A stretch of DNA of 64,000 nucleotides from Octopus sinensis (taxonomy: Eukaryota), in assembly GCF_006345805.1 (NCBI RefSeq), contig NC_043000.1:122264001-122328000 (forward strand). Direction: 5' to 3'. A program made the translations under genes and the position numbers. Positions 24,913-39,019 of the stretch are shown piece by piece. Within the stretch, counting starts at the first letter, position 1; each line of letters starts with the position of its first letter. The notes below the pieces were generated by a model, which worked only from the letters and a program-made list of their open reading frames with translations, had not been told where the DNA came from and did not search any database.

Positions 24913-26770
24913 ACTTAGATAAACTTAGATATGTTTCGACCAAAGATTGGTCCAGGCCATGTCTAACTTAATAGCACCACCTGATAGGATTATTCGAATC
25001 CTGTTTAAGTCAAGTTTTGTTTAAGTCAAGTTTTGTTCAAATAGTGAGTTCTTGTTGGGTGAGTTGTATCCAGTTTTGTTCAAGTAGTGAGTTCTTGTTG
25101 GGTGAGTTGTATCCAATTATGGGTGGCTTATCTGGTATTCTTTGAAGGAATCTATCCAGACTCTGTTTAAAGTTGATGGGATCCTTTTCCTCGTTGATCT
25201 CCTTCGGGACAATGTTAAATAGGGCAGGGCATGTTGAGGAAAAGAAATTATGTTGCAGTGTACATGTATGTTGTGATCTTGAATTGGACAGGGGACGTAT
25301 AGCCCGTGGTCCAAGTCTTGGATGAAGCTAATGTTTAGGTCGTTTGGGCAAAGTTGGCGGTATATTTTCCACATCGTACAAATGATGTACCGCTCAGGGC
25401 GACGCTGGAGGGAGTAAAGTTTCAAGGCTTTAAGGCGATCCCAATAATCGAGAGCAGCCATGCCTTCAATTCGTTTAGTGAGTGCCCTCTGGGGTGACTC
25501 AATTCTGGAGATGTTTTGTCTTGTGTGAGGAGACCACAGTGGGCAGCAGTATTCAAGGTGTGGCCGTACAAAGGAGGAAAAAAGTGGTATGATGACACCT
25601 TATTCTATGGACCGGAAAGTTCTTAAGATCCGGGAACTCATCCTACGAGCTATATCGACCTTCTTGTTGATGTGCGCACTCCAACTGAGATCGTCATCAA
25701 CAATTACACCCAGGTCTCTGATATTGTTAGAGGCTGTGAGCGGTTCCCCTGAAGGAAGAGAGTATGGTTGTTTTAGTGAGGAATTTCTTCCAAAATGCAT
25801 CAGCTCAAATTTTCCCTCATTCAGTTGCATTTTGTTTCTGTCTGCCCATTGACTCACAGCATAAAGATCAGACTGGAGTTGAGTTCGGTCTGCTTCTTCA
25901 TTGACGATTTGCTGGAGCTTAGTGTCATCAGCAAATATCTTCACTTTGCAGTAATGTACGACACTGGAAAGGTCGTTTACGTAAATTATGAAGAGTAGCG
26001 GACCCAAAACAGTTGCCTGGGGAACACCGCTGATGACTTTTGCTGGGTTTGAGTGGACTCCATCAACTACAACATGTTGTGTTCTATTCGCCAGGAAATA
26101 CTTAATCCAGTGTAGAACTTTTCCACGGATTCCAACGTTTGCCAATTTTGAGAGTAGGATGTTATGGTCTACCCTGTCGAACGCTTTACTGAAGTCAAGA
26201 TATATGACGTCAGAGTTCGAACCTGTTCCCAAGGCTTTGAGTACATCTTCAATGTGGTGTAAGAGCTGTGTTAGACAGTCCCTGCCACAGCGAAAGCCAT
26301 GCTGATTTGCATTTAGGAGTTTGTCGGTCTCCAGGAAGTCAGCTATCCTTGATCTTAACACTCTTTCAAACACTTTAATGATGTGGGAGGTGAGTGAGAT
26401 TGGGCGATAGTTGACTGCGAGGGATCTGTTTCCCTGTTTGAAAACTGGGATGACCGACTGGGATAGAAACTGTTTTGGTATATAACCTGCGTCTAACGAA
26501 TTTCTCCAGAGGTTGGTCAGAGGGACTGCAAGTTGGTATCTACATTCCTTCAGGAGACTAGCGGGAAATCTATCAGGGCCTACAGCAGAGTAATGTTTGA
26601 CCTCATTTATTGCTGCTACGATGTCGGTCGCAGTGAAGGTTATGTCTGAGATTTTGTGTTGGGAGTCAACTTCGTTCGTTTCCCTTACGTCAATATCAGT
26701 GGGAACACTAAAGACAGAGCCGTATTGTTTCTGCAGTATTTCTGCCATTTCTTTAGCATCGTGTTGGGGA
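24912..26770 (-). mobile_element. CR1-clade LINE, 5'-truncated; RT and C-terminus with one nonsense codon and one frameshift; 3'UTR present
   Basis: ORF 25600-26808: NYRPISLTSHIIKVFER, QHGFR, IYLDFSKAFDRVDH, SGVPQATVLGPLLF, IFADDTKL. It reads through TAA at 25600 into VRPHLEYCCPLWSP...LYSLQRRPERY. The first residues of the ORF come from (TA)n. Confidence 0.93.
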
Positions 26771-27249
26771 ATATATATATATATATATATGGATATGTAT
26801 GTCTTCAATTAACCCAGGACTCCTGTTCCATCTCAGACAGAAAAAAATATATGAAACACGGGAAAATTGAATATACTCACCATCGAGGAACGCCTAGGTA
26901 TGTCGCTATTCCAAATAACTTCACCTATTTTCACCCATAGTTTTCAGAAATAAATGCTTCGGGATTGAGAGAATTCAACTCTCCAATTAGTAAAAATGTA
27001 CATTTATATAAAAATTGATGCACCAAATATGGCGAGACAAACATGAGAAAGGAATGATAGCCAGATAATAAGTTCCATAATCAAAGCAATATGATAATTT
27101 GTCTACTCTGTCCGATATATTATGGCAAGCTTCCGCTCACTGTGCGCAGAAATACGTGCATTCATGCTCAAGCAAGCATACTGCAGCGAAACATTTATTA
27201 AATAATTTCTATTGTTTACCTTTTATTTCCTTTATTTCACATTTTTCTT

Positions 27250-28560
27250 TTAACTACCTTCCTGGAGTGGTGCTGAAACGCAAACGCCACAATTCTACTT
27301 AATCTGTTATTGAAGGAATAGACAATTAATTTCAATTTGTCTGAACATTTCTTTGTGCTTATTCTCATCGGAAATTTTGGAGGCACTGGAAAACAACTAC
27401 TTCTATGAAAACCAGTATTAGATTCAAATTAAAGTCACAGCAATGGGAACAAAAATTGCGCTTACGTTTGTGACACTCACTGTACTGTTTTCAGAATTAC
27501 TTTTGATCAGCGTTTCCAGTCCTATTTAATAGGGAACTGGTAAAGACTTTAGGAAGACACCTTTGAGTATTGGAAAGAAAGTAAGAAAGACCTTACAAGA
27601 TTACTTAAATTTATGAATCGACAAGGTTCACTATAGAAACAGATGAAATTGAATTTCCTGTTTTAGACATTAAGAAATTGAGAGGGTTATAAATGATTTC
27701 TATTGCAAGGATACTGATACACACCAATATATAGATTTTAGACCTTACCCCTCATTCTACACTAAAAAGTACATCCCATTCAATATGGCAAAATGCGTTT
27801 CCTCAATAGATATATTTAGACGAGAGAAAAGACTGGTAAAATTATTTATGCTTATCCAAATATAAAAATATCCACAAACGATATTAAATCATTCTATGAT
27901 CAAAGCAAAATAATTCCTAATCATTCTCTGATATAGAAACCTTCACAATATGTAGAAAACAAAAAACAATGAACATTACATTTGAATTCACGTGTAAGAC
28001 TAGAAGCCTCAACATCTTACATTTGGCAGAAAGAATAACTTCCAATTTCACGTCAATCGTCAAGAAAAGATTAAAGAATCAAAAATTATTAACAGCCGAA
28101 GGCAATCACTTTATCTCAGAAAATCTTAACAAAGGTGAAATTCACATTAGTAGAAGAAATAATCTTTGCAGCAAACTGCATGCAGCTTCGTTGTGGGACG
28201 TGTAAAGTAATAACTAAAGAAGGAACAAGCAAAAGTTCAAGAATTGGAACGTATTGAATGTTAATGCAAACATGAAGTGCAAAACAAAAGTTTCATTTAC
28301 CCCGTCACATGCCCTCAGTACAATAGGAATTACATTGGCCAAACAGGATATAAAATAATACATTGCGTGAGAGTCTATAAATAGTGAAATAAATATTCAT
28401 CTCATAGAAATATTCCATGTTGTGAATATCAAGTGATTATTTTTTTCTTTGTTTCAAAAGAGCAGAAAAAAGTGATCAACTACGAAAGGCAAAACAATAA
28501 TACTTTATAAGAATTCTAAATATAAGACAAACCGAAAATAGTCAAGGTCGCTACTGAAAG
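27250..28560 (+). mobile_element. Highly decayed Penelope-like element (RT + GIY-YIG remnants)
   Basis: TAMGTKIALTF (~27435), YCKDTDTHQYIDF (~27700), NYIGQTG (~28330), separated by many stops and indels. Confidence 0.7.
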
Positions 28561-28802
28561 CAGCTAAACAACCTCTCCTTTCACATTACCTTCATAAAAC
28601 GTATATCTTCAGTAAACTTAACAGCGAAATTGTTTACACACACCATACAAAAACGTCCACCGAAAAGGTTCGCGTCATTCTGTTTTTCTATGATCTTTTG
28701 AATAGTATTATTTCACATTTTCTACGAATATTGCGACTATGAAGTATTGTTTACGAAATCAATCTATATATTTATATATATATCCATCTATCAATCTCTC
28801 TC

Positions 28803-28940
<138 letters not shown>

Positions 28941-29407
28941 ATCAAAATAAGCAACATGGATAGCCAGAGGATATGCAGTGCGATCGTTTCATGGAGTTCA
29001 TTTTATTAAACAATGCAATCATTACATCAATTTAAAATGTAGAGCAATCTTCAGCTGCACAAAGACATATAATTTGGTTAAATTAGAACAGATGGAACCA
29101 TTAGTATAACTATACCTAAAATCTCCGAGAGGTTAAGCAGACTGAAGATTGCCCTACATTTTAAATTGATATAATGATTGAATTGTTCAATTAAATGGAG
29201 TTGCTTCAAACGATCGTACTACATTCCCTCTGGATTTCCTTGTTGCTTATTTTGATTTTAATCACCCTATTTTGGAATTGTATGGATAATACCGTACTAA
29301 ATTTTGGTGCCTCAACTTAAGTACCATATTCTTCTGAACATATATAATATATATATATATATATCTTACAATGGTGTATAGAAAAAACACATAGACAGAC
29401 AGACATA

Positions 29408-29416
29408 CAGACATAC

Positions 29417-29490
<74 letters not shown>

Positions 29491-29517
29491 TTAGATAGGT
29501 AGATAGATAGATAGATG

Positions 29518-29615
<98 letters not shown>
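29408..29615. repeat. (GATA)n microsatellite
   Basis: Direct inspection. Confidence 0.95.
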
Positions 29616-29616
<1 letters not shown>

Positions 29617-30046
29617 GCATAATACATACATAATACTAATAAGAGAAACCGAAAAGGAAATACAGAGTTACAACAATAAATGCAGAGTACATAAATTTTA
29701 GTAGTGTGTGGGTGGATTTTCTTGTGAAATGTAAGTAGGTAAGCAGAGGACCATATGTGTTAAAACTGTGAATCAAGAATCGCAACACTGTTATAGCATT
29801 CAAATGCTTAAATGTAATTCATTAGATTAAGTGCAGTGGAGGTGTTCATGGGAAATGATCAATCGTATAGCATGCTCTCTTCCAAACGAAGATATTATAT
29901 ACATGTGTATGAGCGTATGCACATACATATGTATGTAACTGTATACATCTGTTTGTAATATTTGAAATATATATATATATACGCATATATATATATATAT
30001 ACATATATACATGTTTATATATATATGTATGTACATACTCACACAC

Positions 30047-30106
<60 letters not shown>

Positions 30107-30157
30107 GTGCGTGTGTGTGTATAAACATATATATATTTACATTTATATTATACATAC

Positions 30158-30190
<33 letters not shown>

Positions 30191-30602
30191 ATAGCAGCAG
30201 TATTTTCAAGCATACGCTAAGTAGATTTCATCTAAGAAGAGCTGTGTCGTCTCCTAATATCTGAGACAATCCGACGTTGTTTCAATTAATTATTTTTCAG
30301 ATATACTAGATGATAGCATCAATGAGATCCGATGGGGAGAAGCCTCGTTTAGAACGAGCCAATGCTTATTTAGATCGAGAAGAAGTACTAGCGTCATGCT
30401 ATTTTTTCTCTTGAGAATTGTTGGGAACAGAACAATTACTTAACCTGAAATCTATCCCAGGTTTATTCGTCACTCAAATTAAAATTTATATATTTTAAAT
30501 GCAAATAGATGCTTCCACATTGCATACATATTATGTAACGCTCAAAATCCTGAGATTTTAACGGGCTTTAGAACGTTAAATCATTGGCCTCGTCTTCCAG
30601 TA

Positions 30603-30984
30603 GGAGCACTCCGTCGGTTACGACGATGAGGGTCCCAGCTGATACGATCAACGGAACAGCCTGCTCGTGGAATTAACGTGCAAGTGGCTGAGCATTCCAC
30701 AGACACGTGTACCCTTAACGTAGTTCTTGAGGAGATTCAGCGTGACACAAAGAATGTGACAAGGCTGGCCCTTTGAAATACAGGTACAACAGAAACAGGA
30801 AGAAAGAGTGAGAGAAAGTTGTGGTGAAAGAGTACAGCAGGGTTCACCCCCCCCCTGCAGGAGCCTTGTGAAGCTTTAGGTGTTTTCGCTCAATAAACAC
30901 TCACAATGCCCGGTCTGGGAATCGAAACCGCGATCCTACGACCGCGAGTCCGCTGCCCTAACCACTGGGCCATTGCGCCTCCAC
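30603..30984 (-). mobile_element. tRNA-derived SINE, family C, full length
   Basis: Reverse complement begins gtggaggcgcaatggcccagtggttagggcagcggactcgcggtcgtaggatcgcggtttcgattcccagacc (tRNA-like, A and B boxes); homologous to 42284-42646. Confidence 0.88.
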
Positions 30985-31931
30985 AATGTACGTATATATT
31001 TGCCTCCAAAAGCGACAAACTACGCGATTACCTTCTTTATAGAAATTCACCTGATGGTTTTGTCTCTTTCGTTTATGATGCAAAGTATAGTATTAAAGTC
31101 ATTGCACCAATGATTCGCGGCCTAATCCGCGCTATGCAGAGCCATCGCCCATATAACTGCGACAGCCATCTGCTGTTGACTCGCAGTGTACTGGCAATCT
31201 TTTCCTCCTTCACTCTTTTGCCTTCACCTGATATATTGCATGTTTTCTCGCCAGGAGCCCCTCAACTCACGGCGGGCATACACGTACATACACACATACA
31301 TGCACACTCACACATTGTATGTGTGCATGTGTATGCATGTATGTATGTATGTATGTATGTATGTATGTATGTATCTATATGTTTGTATAGCTATGTACAC
31401 ACGCATGTGGTTATATATTTAAGGTTATATTATTTTCTCTATTCTCTTTGATTTTGCAAAGAATCCCTTTACACTAGACGTATAAGTATTTTTTACAATT
31501 TTCTACAGAAATATTTTACGCCAAGAATGCAAAATATTCATTCTCTTCATTTGCACTTTGAAATTTTCTTTTTTCGAAGCTAATTTTGAAATCTCAGCTC
31601 TCTTTGTTAAGAATCGTTTCAACTTAGTCTGGTATTATTTAAATCAAGGTAACCTTTCATCATTCCTTCCATCACTTGAAGATTTACTTTTACTCACATG
31701 TTGATGTAATATCCCTCTTTTCAGCAGCAAAACATAATTTTTAGAGCTCGAAATGTTTATTTTTCTCTCTCATTGTCTCCCTCGTTCTCTCTCTCTCTCT
31801 TTCTAACTATCTATATATCTTTTTCTTTTCCTCTGTTTCTCTAATTATCTATAGCTATCTCTCTCGCTATATATATATATATATATAATATATAATATAT
31901 ATATATATATATCGTTTTCTCTCTCTTTATT

Positions 31932-31964
<33 letters not shown>

Positions 31965-31974
31965 TTCTGTATAT

Positions 31975-32018
<44 letters not shown>

Positions 32019-32752
32019 ACAGTGTACATTTAAACACATTAAGAGGTTTCCATCATAGAATCCTTTAGGCTAGAAAGAACAGCTAAAGTCCAAACCATTA
32101 ATTAGGGATAAATTCTCGAAGAGAATGAAAAATATAAACATTTACCATTTATTTATCTTATTTTTCATTCCTTTCGAGAACAAATGGTCAGGGCTGTTGA
32201 GCCATCTATCGATAGAAAAATTATTATGAGTCCTCACCGTTTGTTTTTAATGTCTTGTTCTCACTGTCCGGATCTTGTTACCACTTTCACCCTCCGGAAA
32301 ATGAAACTTAAATATTATTTTAAATGCTTTGAGGGAAGGACTGTTTCAACGAAGTCGCGTATTGTCCTTACCTTCGGAACAAGGAGTATTTGAAACAGGG
32401 ACAACTGAAGAAGGGGAATATTCTTTATGTTGCATGTCTCGTTTCTGGTTTTTTTTTCGTTCTTCTAAAAAATTTCTTTTTCTGTGATTTTGTGTTTTCA
32501 TTTCTCATTGTGTTCAACGTTTTTATGTCCTGTACCCATATATGCATGTATATATACATATATATGTAGGTATGTACATATATGTATGTATATATGCATA
32601 TATTTACATATCATATATATATATGTATATATCTTTTTCTCACTCTTTCTCTTTAACTATCTATATCTCTCTTTTTCTCGCTCTCTCTCTCTCTCTGTAC
32701 ATCTGCCTGTCTCTCTCTCTATCTATCTATCAATCAATCTATCTATATATGC

Positions 32753-32792
<40 letters not shown>

Positions 32793-33091
32793 GTCTGTGT
32801 GTCTGTCTGTCTATATATCTATATGTCTGTCTATTTATATATAGCCCTCTCTCTCTCTTTCACGCTCTACCTATATCACTTTATCCCACGCCATCTCTGT
32901 TTTTTTCTCTCTCTTACTCCCCCGCATCCTTCGTTGCATTTACCTGTAAATGTCTCAGATGAAATATCAAAACACATAGCAAAACTATTTCGATCTCATA
33001 ATCACATATTAGTAAAGGGCATATCCTAAAAAGAGACATTTTACCTTTCATTTTTTTCCCATAAAGTAAGAACAAAGTATAAATACATATA

Positions 33092-33151
<60 letters not shown>

Positions 33152-33216
33152 GCGCTTCCGTATCGTGTACTCCATGGCAGCCTTTCGGCTCCGGCTGACT
33201 TTATCAGCTACGTATA

Positions 33217-33731
33217 CAGTCGTGACCAAAAGTTTGGAACATATGTTCGTATACATGATGTACAAACTTATATTGTATTTTATTGCTGTTCCTTTTCTAG
33301 CCACGTATGTCTCACAGGGCCGGTTTGCTGGTTTCCTTGGCGTATAGATTCCCCAACTGGACGGGACGCCGATCCGTCGCAGGTGAGCTGCAAGAGGCAG
33401 GAGGAAAGAGTGAAAGTTGTGGCGAAAGAGTCAGCAGAAGTTCGCTATTACCTTCTGCCGGAACCGCGTGGAGCTTAGGTGTTTCGCTCATAAGCACACA
33501 CATCGCCCGGTCTGAGATTCGAACCCGCTATCCCTCGACCGCGAATCCGCTGCTCTAGCCACTACACCATGTGCCTCCACAAAATTATATTTTAGATATT
33601 ACCTATTACTTATATTACCTATAGCATTAGATCAGTTATCAGGTAAGTTAGTTATATTTGTATCGAATTGTACTTAGCAGAGAAATTTTAATTTTTTTCA
33701 AAAACCTGTTCGAAACTTTTGGCCACGACTG
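33217..33731. mobile_element. Tc1-type MITE with 25-bp TIRs and TA target duplication
   Basis: TA-CAGTCGTGACCAAAAGTTTGGAACA (33217-33241) ... TGTTCGAAACTTTTGGCCACGACTG-TA (33707-33731); 23/25 match. Confidence 0.9.
33310..33580 (-). mobile_element. SINE related to family C, nested inside the Tc1 MITE
   Basis: Reverse complement begins gtggaggcacatggtgtagtggctagagcagcggattcgcggtcgagggatagcgggttcgaatctcag. Confidence 0.8.
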
Positions 33732-34329
33732 TATGCTTTTTGTCTCTATTTTTATTTCAATCATTTGAGTGCGGCCATACTAGCACAAGACAATGAAGAT
33801 TTTAACCAAAAAAATTGAACAATTTATTTATATTCTTAAGCTAGCTCTCTTTTTACTAGGAGGTAAATATCAAACATCCTTATATACTTTTTACTCTTTG
33901 AAGTTCACATACTCTTGTTTCGTATTTATACTCTCAATATAATTTTACCTAATCGTGAAGTCATAAGAATGTAAAGCAAACCTCCACTGATTAACAATCA
34001 GGGAGTGACACGCCAAACATCGAACACGCACACAATTCGCATACACCATACACACATGCGCATACATACATATTAATACAGACATTATGTGCCCGGTAGT
34101 TTCTGTTCTCCAGATTCATTTCATAGACTTTGGTTGGCCCAAGGCTTTAGTAGAAGACACTTGCCTATGATAGGGCAAGATAAGGATGGATCTCAATCCA
34201 CCTGGCTCCGAAGACAATTTCTCCGTCACACACGTATGCCTAGGCCTAAATATACCGGTGAATGAGAGGAAAAGAGAGTTGGGGAGAGATATAGTTACTA
34301 TGTGTGTAACTGAGCCGTCCATACACAGA

Positions 34330-34493
<164 letters not shown>

Positions 34494-35579
34494 CGGGCAG
34501 ACATGCAGACAGAGACAAAGAACCAGACAGATACGTAGGCTTCGCTGACCAGATATTTTTATGTTATTTCCTCATATACTAAATCTTTCCATAGACGTCA
34601 CGTTGCTTGTATGACATTAAAACATGTGATTAAATCTTTGAGATTACTTAACATTAGCTGTGGCAAATTATTAGCTGTAGTATACGTGAGTACAAACCAA
34701 GTGCAACTCCATTTAAATAATCTTTGCAAATGATTACACCAGCTGAAAAAATCCTGATTGAATAGATTTAATCGTAATGATTTAGCAAAATATATCGACA
34801 CACATGAAGATAACATCTGAAACCATATCACGTTTACGTTTTAAAACAGTTATGTAATTTGATCATTTTTTGAAAAACTATAATAGTTTAGAAAGACAAG
34901 GTGTCCAAAGATCTTAGCGATGATGAGTATCTCCCAGATGCAGCCAAAGTTTTGAACATGTTAAATGATAATGAAGTTTTTTCAAAGTGAATTGGTGGCC
35001 TCTTGATTTCCTGACAAAGATAAGAACATAAGAATACAAGAACAAATATACAAGCATTTACGAAGGTATAAGAGGGGTTCAATTACCTTATAGAGAAACC
35101 TTTACAATCAGTTGACATCCTTCTCCAGTTATGCATTTGTATCAAAGTGTGTCTCTGCATTCTTGTGTATGTCTGTGTACGTGTTTCTGTGCGGGTACAC
35201 GCACACACACACATACGCACACACATACACACACACACACATACACACACGCACACCTTTACCTCTGTTCTGGGTTGCGTGTGTCTTCTGCAACATTTGG
35301 GATCCGAAGATAATCATTTTTTCTTTTCATGATTTCTGCTGGAAAGTTATGCCAACTATGTGGAGCATATCCCAACAAGTTATGCTAAAATCTTTGTAAA
35401 ATAGTTTAATCTGGAAGAAGAATATACTGCAATGTTTAACATTCCACTGGCAAAACAATTGCATTTAGAAGAACAATATCATGGACAGAATTCCAATAGC
35501 GCTACGTTTATTGGAGTAACTTGGTTAAGCAGGTTTGGAGATATTGTTTCATGAAAGAAGTGCGGGTGGCAGAAAAGAA

Positions 35580-36178
35580 AGGCGGCGAGCTGGCAGAAAC
35601 GTTAGCACGCCGGGCTAAATGCTTAGCGGTATTTCGTCTGCCGCTACGTTCTGAGTTCAAATTCCGCCGAAGTCGACTGTGCCTTTCATCCTCCGGGGTC
35701 GATAAATTAAGCACCAGTTACGCACTGGGGTCGATATAATCGATTTAATCCTTTTGTCTCTCCTTGTTTGCTCTCTCTCTGTTTAGCCCCTTGTGGGTAG
35801 TAAAGAAATAGGTATTTCGTCTGCCCTACATTCTGAGTTCAAATTCCGCCAAGGTCGACTTTGCCTTTCATCCTTTCGGGGTCGATAAATTAAGCACCAG
35901 TTACGCACTGGGGTCGATATAATCGATTTAATCCGTTTGTCTCTCCTTGTTTGCCCTCTCTCTGTTTAGCCCCTTGTGGGTTGTAAAGAAATAGGTATTT
36001 CGTCTGCCCTACATTCTGAGTTCAAATTCCGCCAAGGTCGACTTTGCCTTTCATCCTTTCGGGGTCGATAAATTAAGTACCAGTTACCCACTGGTGTCGA
36101 TATAATCAACTTAATCCCTTTGTCTGTCCTTGTCTGTTCCCTCTATGTTTAGCCCCTTATGGGCAATAAAGAAATAAG
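35580..36178 (+). mobile_element. SINE family B: one head plus three tandem 183-bp modules
   Basis: ggtatttcgtctg recurs at 35628, 35811 and 35994. Confidence 0.88.
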
Positions 36179-36726
36179 AAGTGCGGGTGGCAACGTTCCA
36201 GGCAGCTCTGAAGGGCCGGGATGAGTTTCGTAGAAGTAGCGTCTGAAGATAACTATTACCCACTAACGCATCCATTGCTCAAAACTTTTAGTGTGATGCT
36301 AATTAAATTAATTTACTACTAATTAGTCTAGTGACTTTCAGTATGTTAATTAGTTTAGGTAAGCGGTCTAGAGTGTCTGTTTATATAAAAGTAGCACTTT
36401 TCTGAAAATGGGTAATTTCTTTTTGCGTGTCTCATATGACATCTGTAATGATGTGTTGGCTGATATAGCAATCTCTTGCTCTGGATATAAACTCATGGTC
36501 TGTGTGGAAAGTTTTGCTATGTGATGATGTGATATTACCATGAAGTATTAAAGATCTTAACACTTATTTGCAAATGTGTTATTAGCTGGTTTCATTGTTG
36601 TTTTCTTGAGGGGCATAATTATTGTGCTCCTGCGCTGCTGAGGAATATATTAGATTGACATAATTGCAGATTATATACTGAAGAAAGGCAACGAACTAAC
36701 AGAATCTTTAGCACGCCTTTTGCAAT

Positions 36727-37270
36727 GCGGCGAGCTGGCAGAAACGTTAGCAGACCGGGCGAAATGCTTAGCAGTGTCTTGTCTGCCGCTACGTTCTGAG
36801 TTCAAATTCCGCCGAGGTCAACTTTGCTTTTCATCCTTTCAGGGTCGATAAATTAAGTACCAGTTACGCACTGGGGTCGGTGAAATCGACTTAATCCGTT
36901 TTGTCTGTCCTTGTTTGTCCTCTCTGTGTTTAGCCCCTTGTGGGTAGTAAAGAAATAGGTATCTCGTCTGTTTTTACGTTCTGAGTTCAAAGGTCAACTT
37001 TGCCTTTCATCCTTCCGGGGTCGATAAATTAAGTACCAGTTACACACTGGGGGTCGATGTAATCGACTTAATCCCTTTGTCTGTCCTTGTTTGCCCCCTC
37101 TATGTTTAGCCCCTTGTGGGCAATAATGAAATAAGAATCTTTAGCACGCCTAACAAAATGCTTCCGTTTTTAAATTCTGAGTTCAAATTCCACCGTGGTC
37201 GACTCTGCCTTTCATCTGTTCGAGGTTGATTAAATAAGTAACAGCTGAGAACTGAGGTCGATGAAATCGA
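36727..37270 (+). mobile_element. SINE family B multimer (head + 2 modules + decayed further copy)
   Basis: Same head and module sequence as 35580. Confidence 0.82.
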
Positions 37271-37737
37271 GTAGACCCTTACCTATAAAATGACATTTCA
37301 TGCTTTGTGCTTATAACAGAAAGATTATCTGAACCTAGAATCAGTGCAATGTCTCTGGCTTGCGAGTCGATGCATGCTGGCATATGGATGATAAGAGAAG
37401 TACGTACAGTGGAATAATCACGAGAGTAATAATGAATTTTTCCAGTATGTAAAATCCCTGACGTATCTACGTTCCACCAAGAGACACATATTTTGGTAGT
37501 ATCATTATGTTTATTCACTATTCTCCAAATACCAAATGCGTATCATCGAAGTGTACGTCGGCATTGATTACACTCTGCTACCATATACAGTGCACTCGCA
37601 GAAAACTGCAGAAGATAATAACAACGGAATACACGTGCATACTAACACAATATGAATACGTATATACATAGTGCCTAGTATACATACACACACGTACATA
37701 CCTATGTACGTACGCATAAACACACATAAATTCATAA

Positions 37738-37771
37738 GTACATATATATATTTATATACATAAACATATAC

Positions 37772-37866
<95 letters not shown>

Positions 37867-37872
37867 ATATAC

Positions 37873-37962
<90 letters not shown>

Positions 37963-38060
37963 AACATATACATATATATATACATATATATATACATATA
38001 TATAAATATAAATATATATATATATAATATATAACATATAATATATATGTATATATATCT
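37738..38060. repeat. Compound (TA)n/(TACA) microsatellite
   Basis: Direct inspection. Confidence 0.9.
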
Positions 38061-39019
38061 AAAATATACATAGAATATATAGAGAGAAAGAATATGTTCA
38101 CAGGTATATAGAAATAATCACTCTTTTTTCTTTCTTGCATACGTACATCAATGTGCACAATAATTACATCATTATACTTAGGCGTAAGCAAGCCTCTAGC
38201 TTCACTCACTCTCTCTCTTTCTCTTTCTTTCTCTCCTTCTATGTCTGTATATATCTTCTCTCTCTCCTTCTCTCTTTCCTTCTCTTTCAAGTTGTCTTTC
38301 CATATCCTTGATTCTACCTCTCTGTAATTCATTTCCACCAACATGCTGCACATCTATATAATCTTCTCATAATTATATCTAATTCACACGTATTCATCAT
38401 TTAATCCTCAACTACTTCTTATCTTCATCACTACGTTCTACCTATAATTACATTTCATTCTCTTCCTCTTTCATCACATTTCGCTTTCTCCATCTCTCTT
38501 TCCCTCTTCTTCCTCACCCCTTCCTCCCATTTATCTTACACCATTTATCTCTTTCACAGTCTCTGTTCGAGAAGACACCACCGTCTCCACCGTCTCATTA
38601 TCTATGACGTTCCTCATAACAAACCTTATACGTCTAGCTTCAAACATGTCCTCGGACACAAGTCTACAGATCTCTGCTTGAATTTTAATTAACGAATAAA
38701 ATATAATTATACATTTTTATGCGACAATTATCAATGGACAGCAATTAGAGAGCAATTAGTATGGATAGTAGCACTGACAATTGTATTAGGTACGGAGAAA
38801 TGTAGAAAAACTATTAACTGAACAAATGCTACTAATAATATTGCCATATATTCCACAGCTTGTTCCACCGGAAACTGTTGAAATGAATAAAAACATAACA
38901 GCACCATGTTCAATATCACCGTTACATATACTACCAATAGAAAATGTACAATCATCTATATGGTAGTTCGAGCTGTAGAAAGAGTAGGTAAATCTTGCTG
39001 AAATCAGGCACTATTATTT

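Noticed and set aside
30910-30984. tRNA-like sequences here and at 33510-33580, 42284-42355, 61900-61968 and ~50060-50100
   Set aside because: They are SINE heads attached to SINE bodies, or too degenerate; I could not build a complete cloverleaf with a matched acceptor stem.
32372-32404. 33-nt minus-strand micro-exon with good splice signals
   Set aside because: It appears to lie within a repeat-like module abutting a microsatellite; no independent support.
38555-38600. FTVSVREDTTVSTV resembling a cadherin repeat
   Set aside because: No flanking cadherin calcium-binding motifs (DxNDN, DxD) and the frame stops within ~40 codons.
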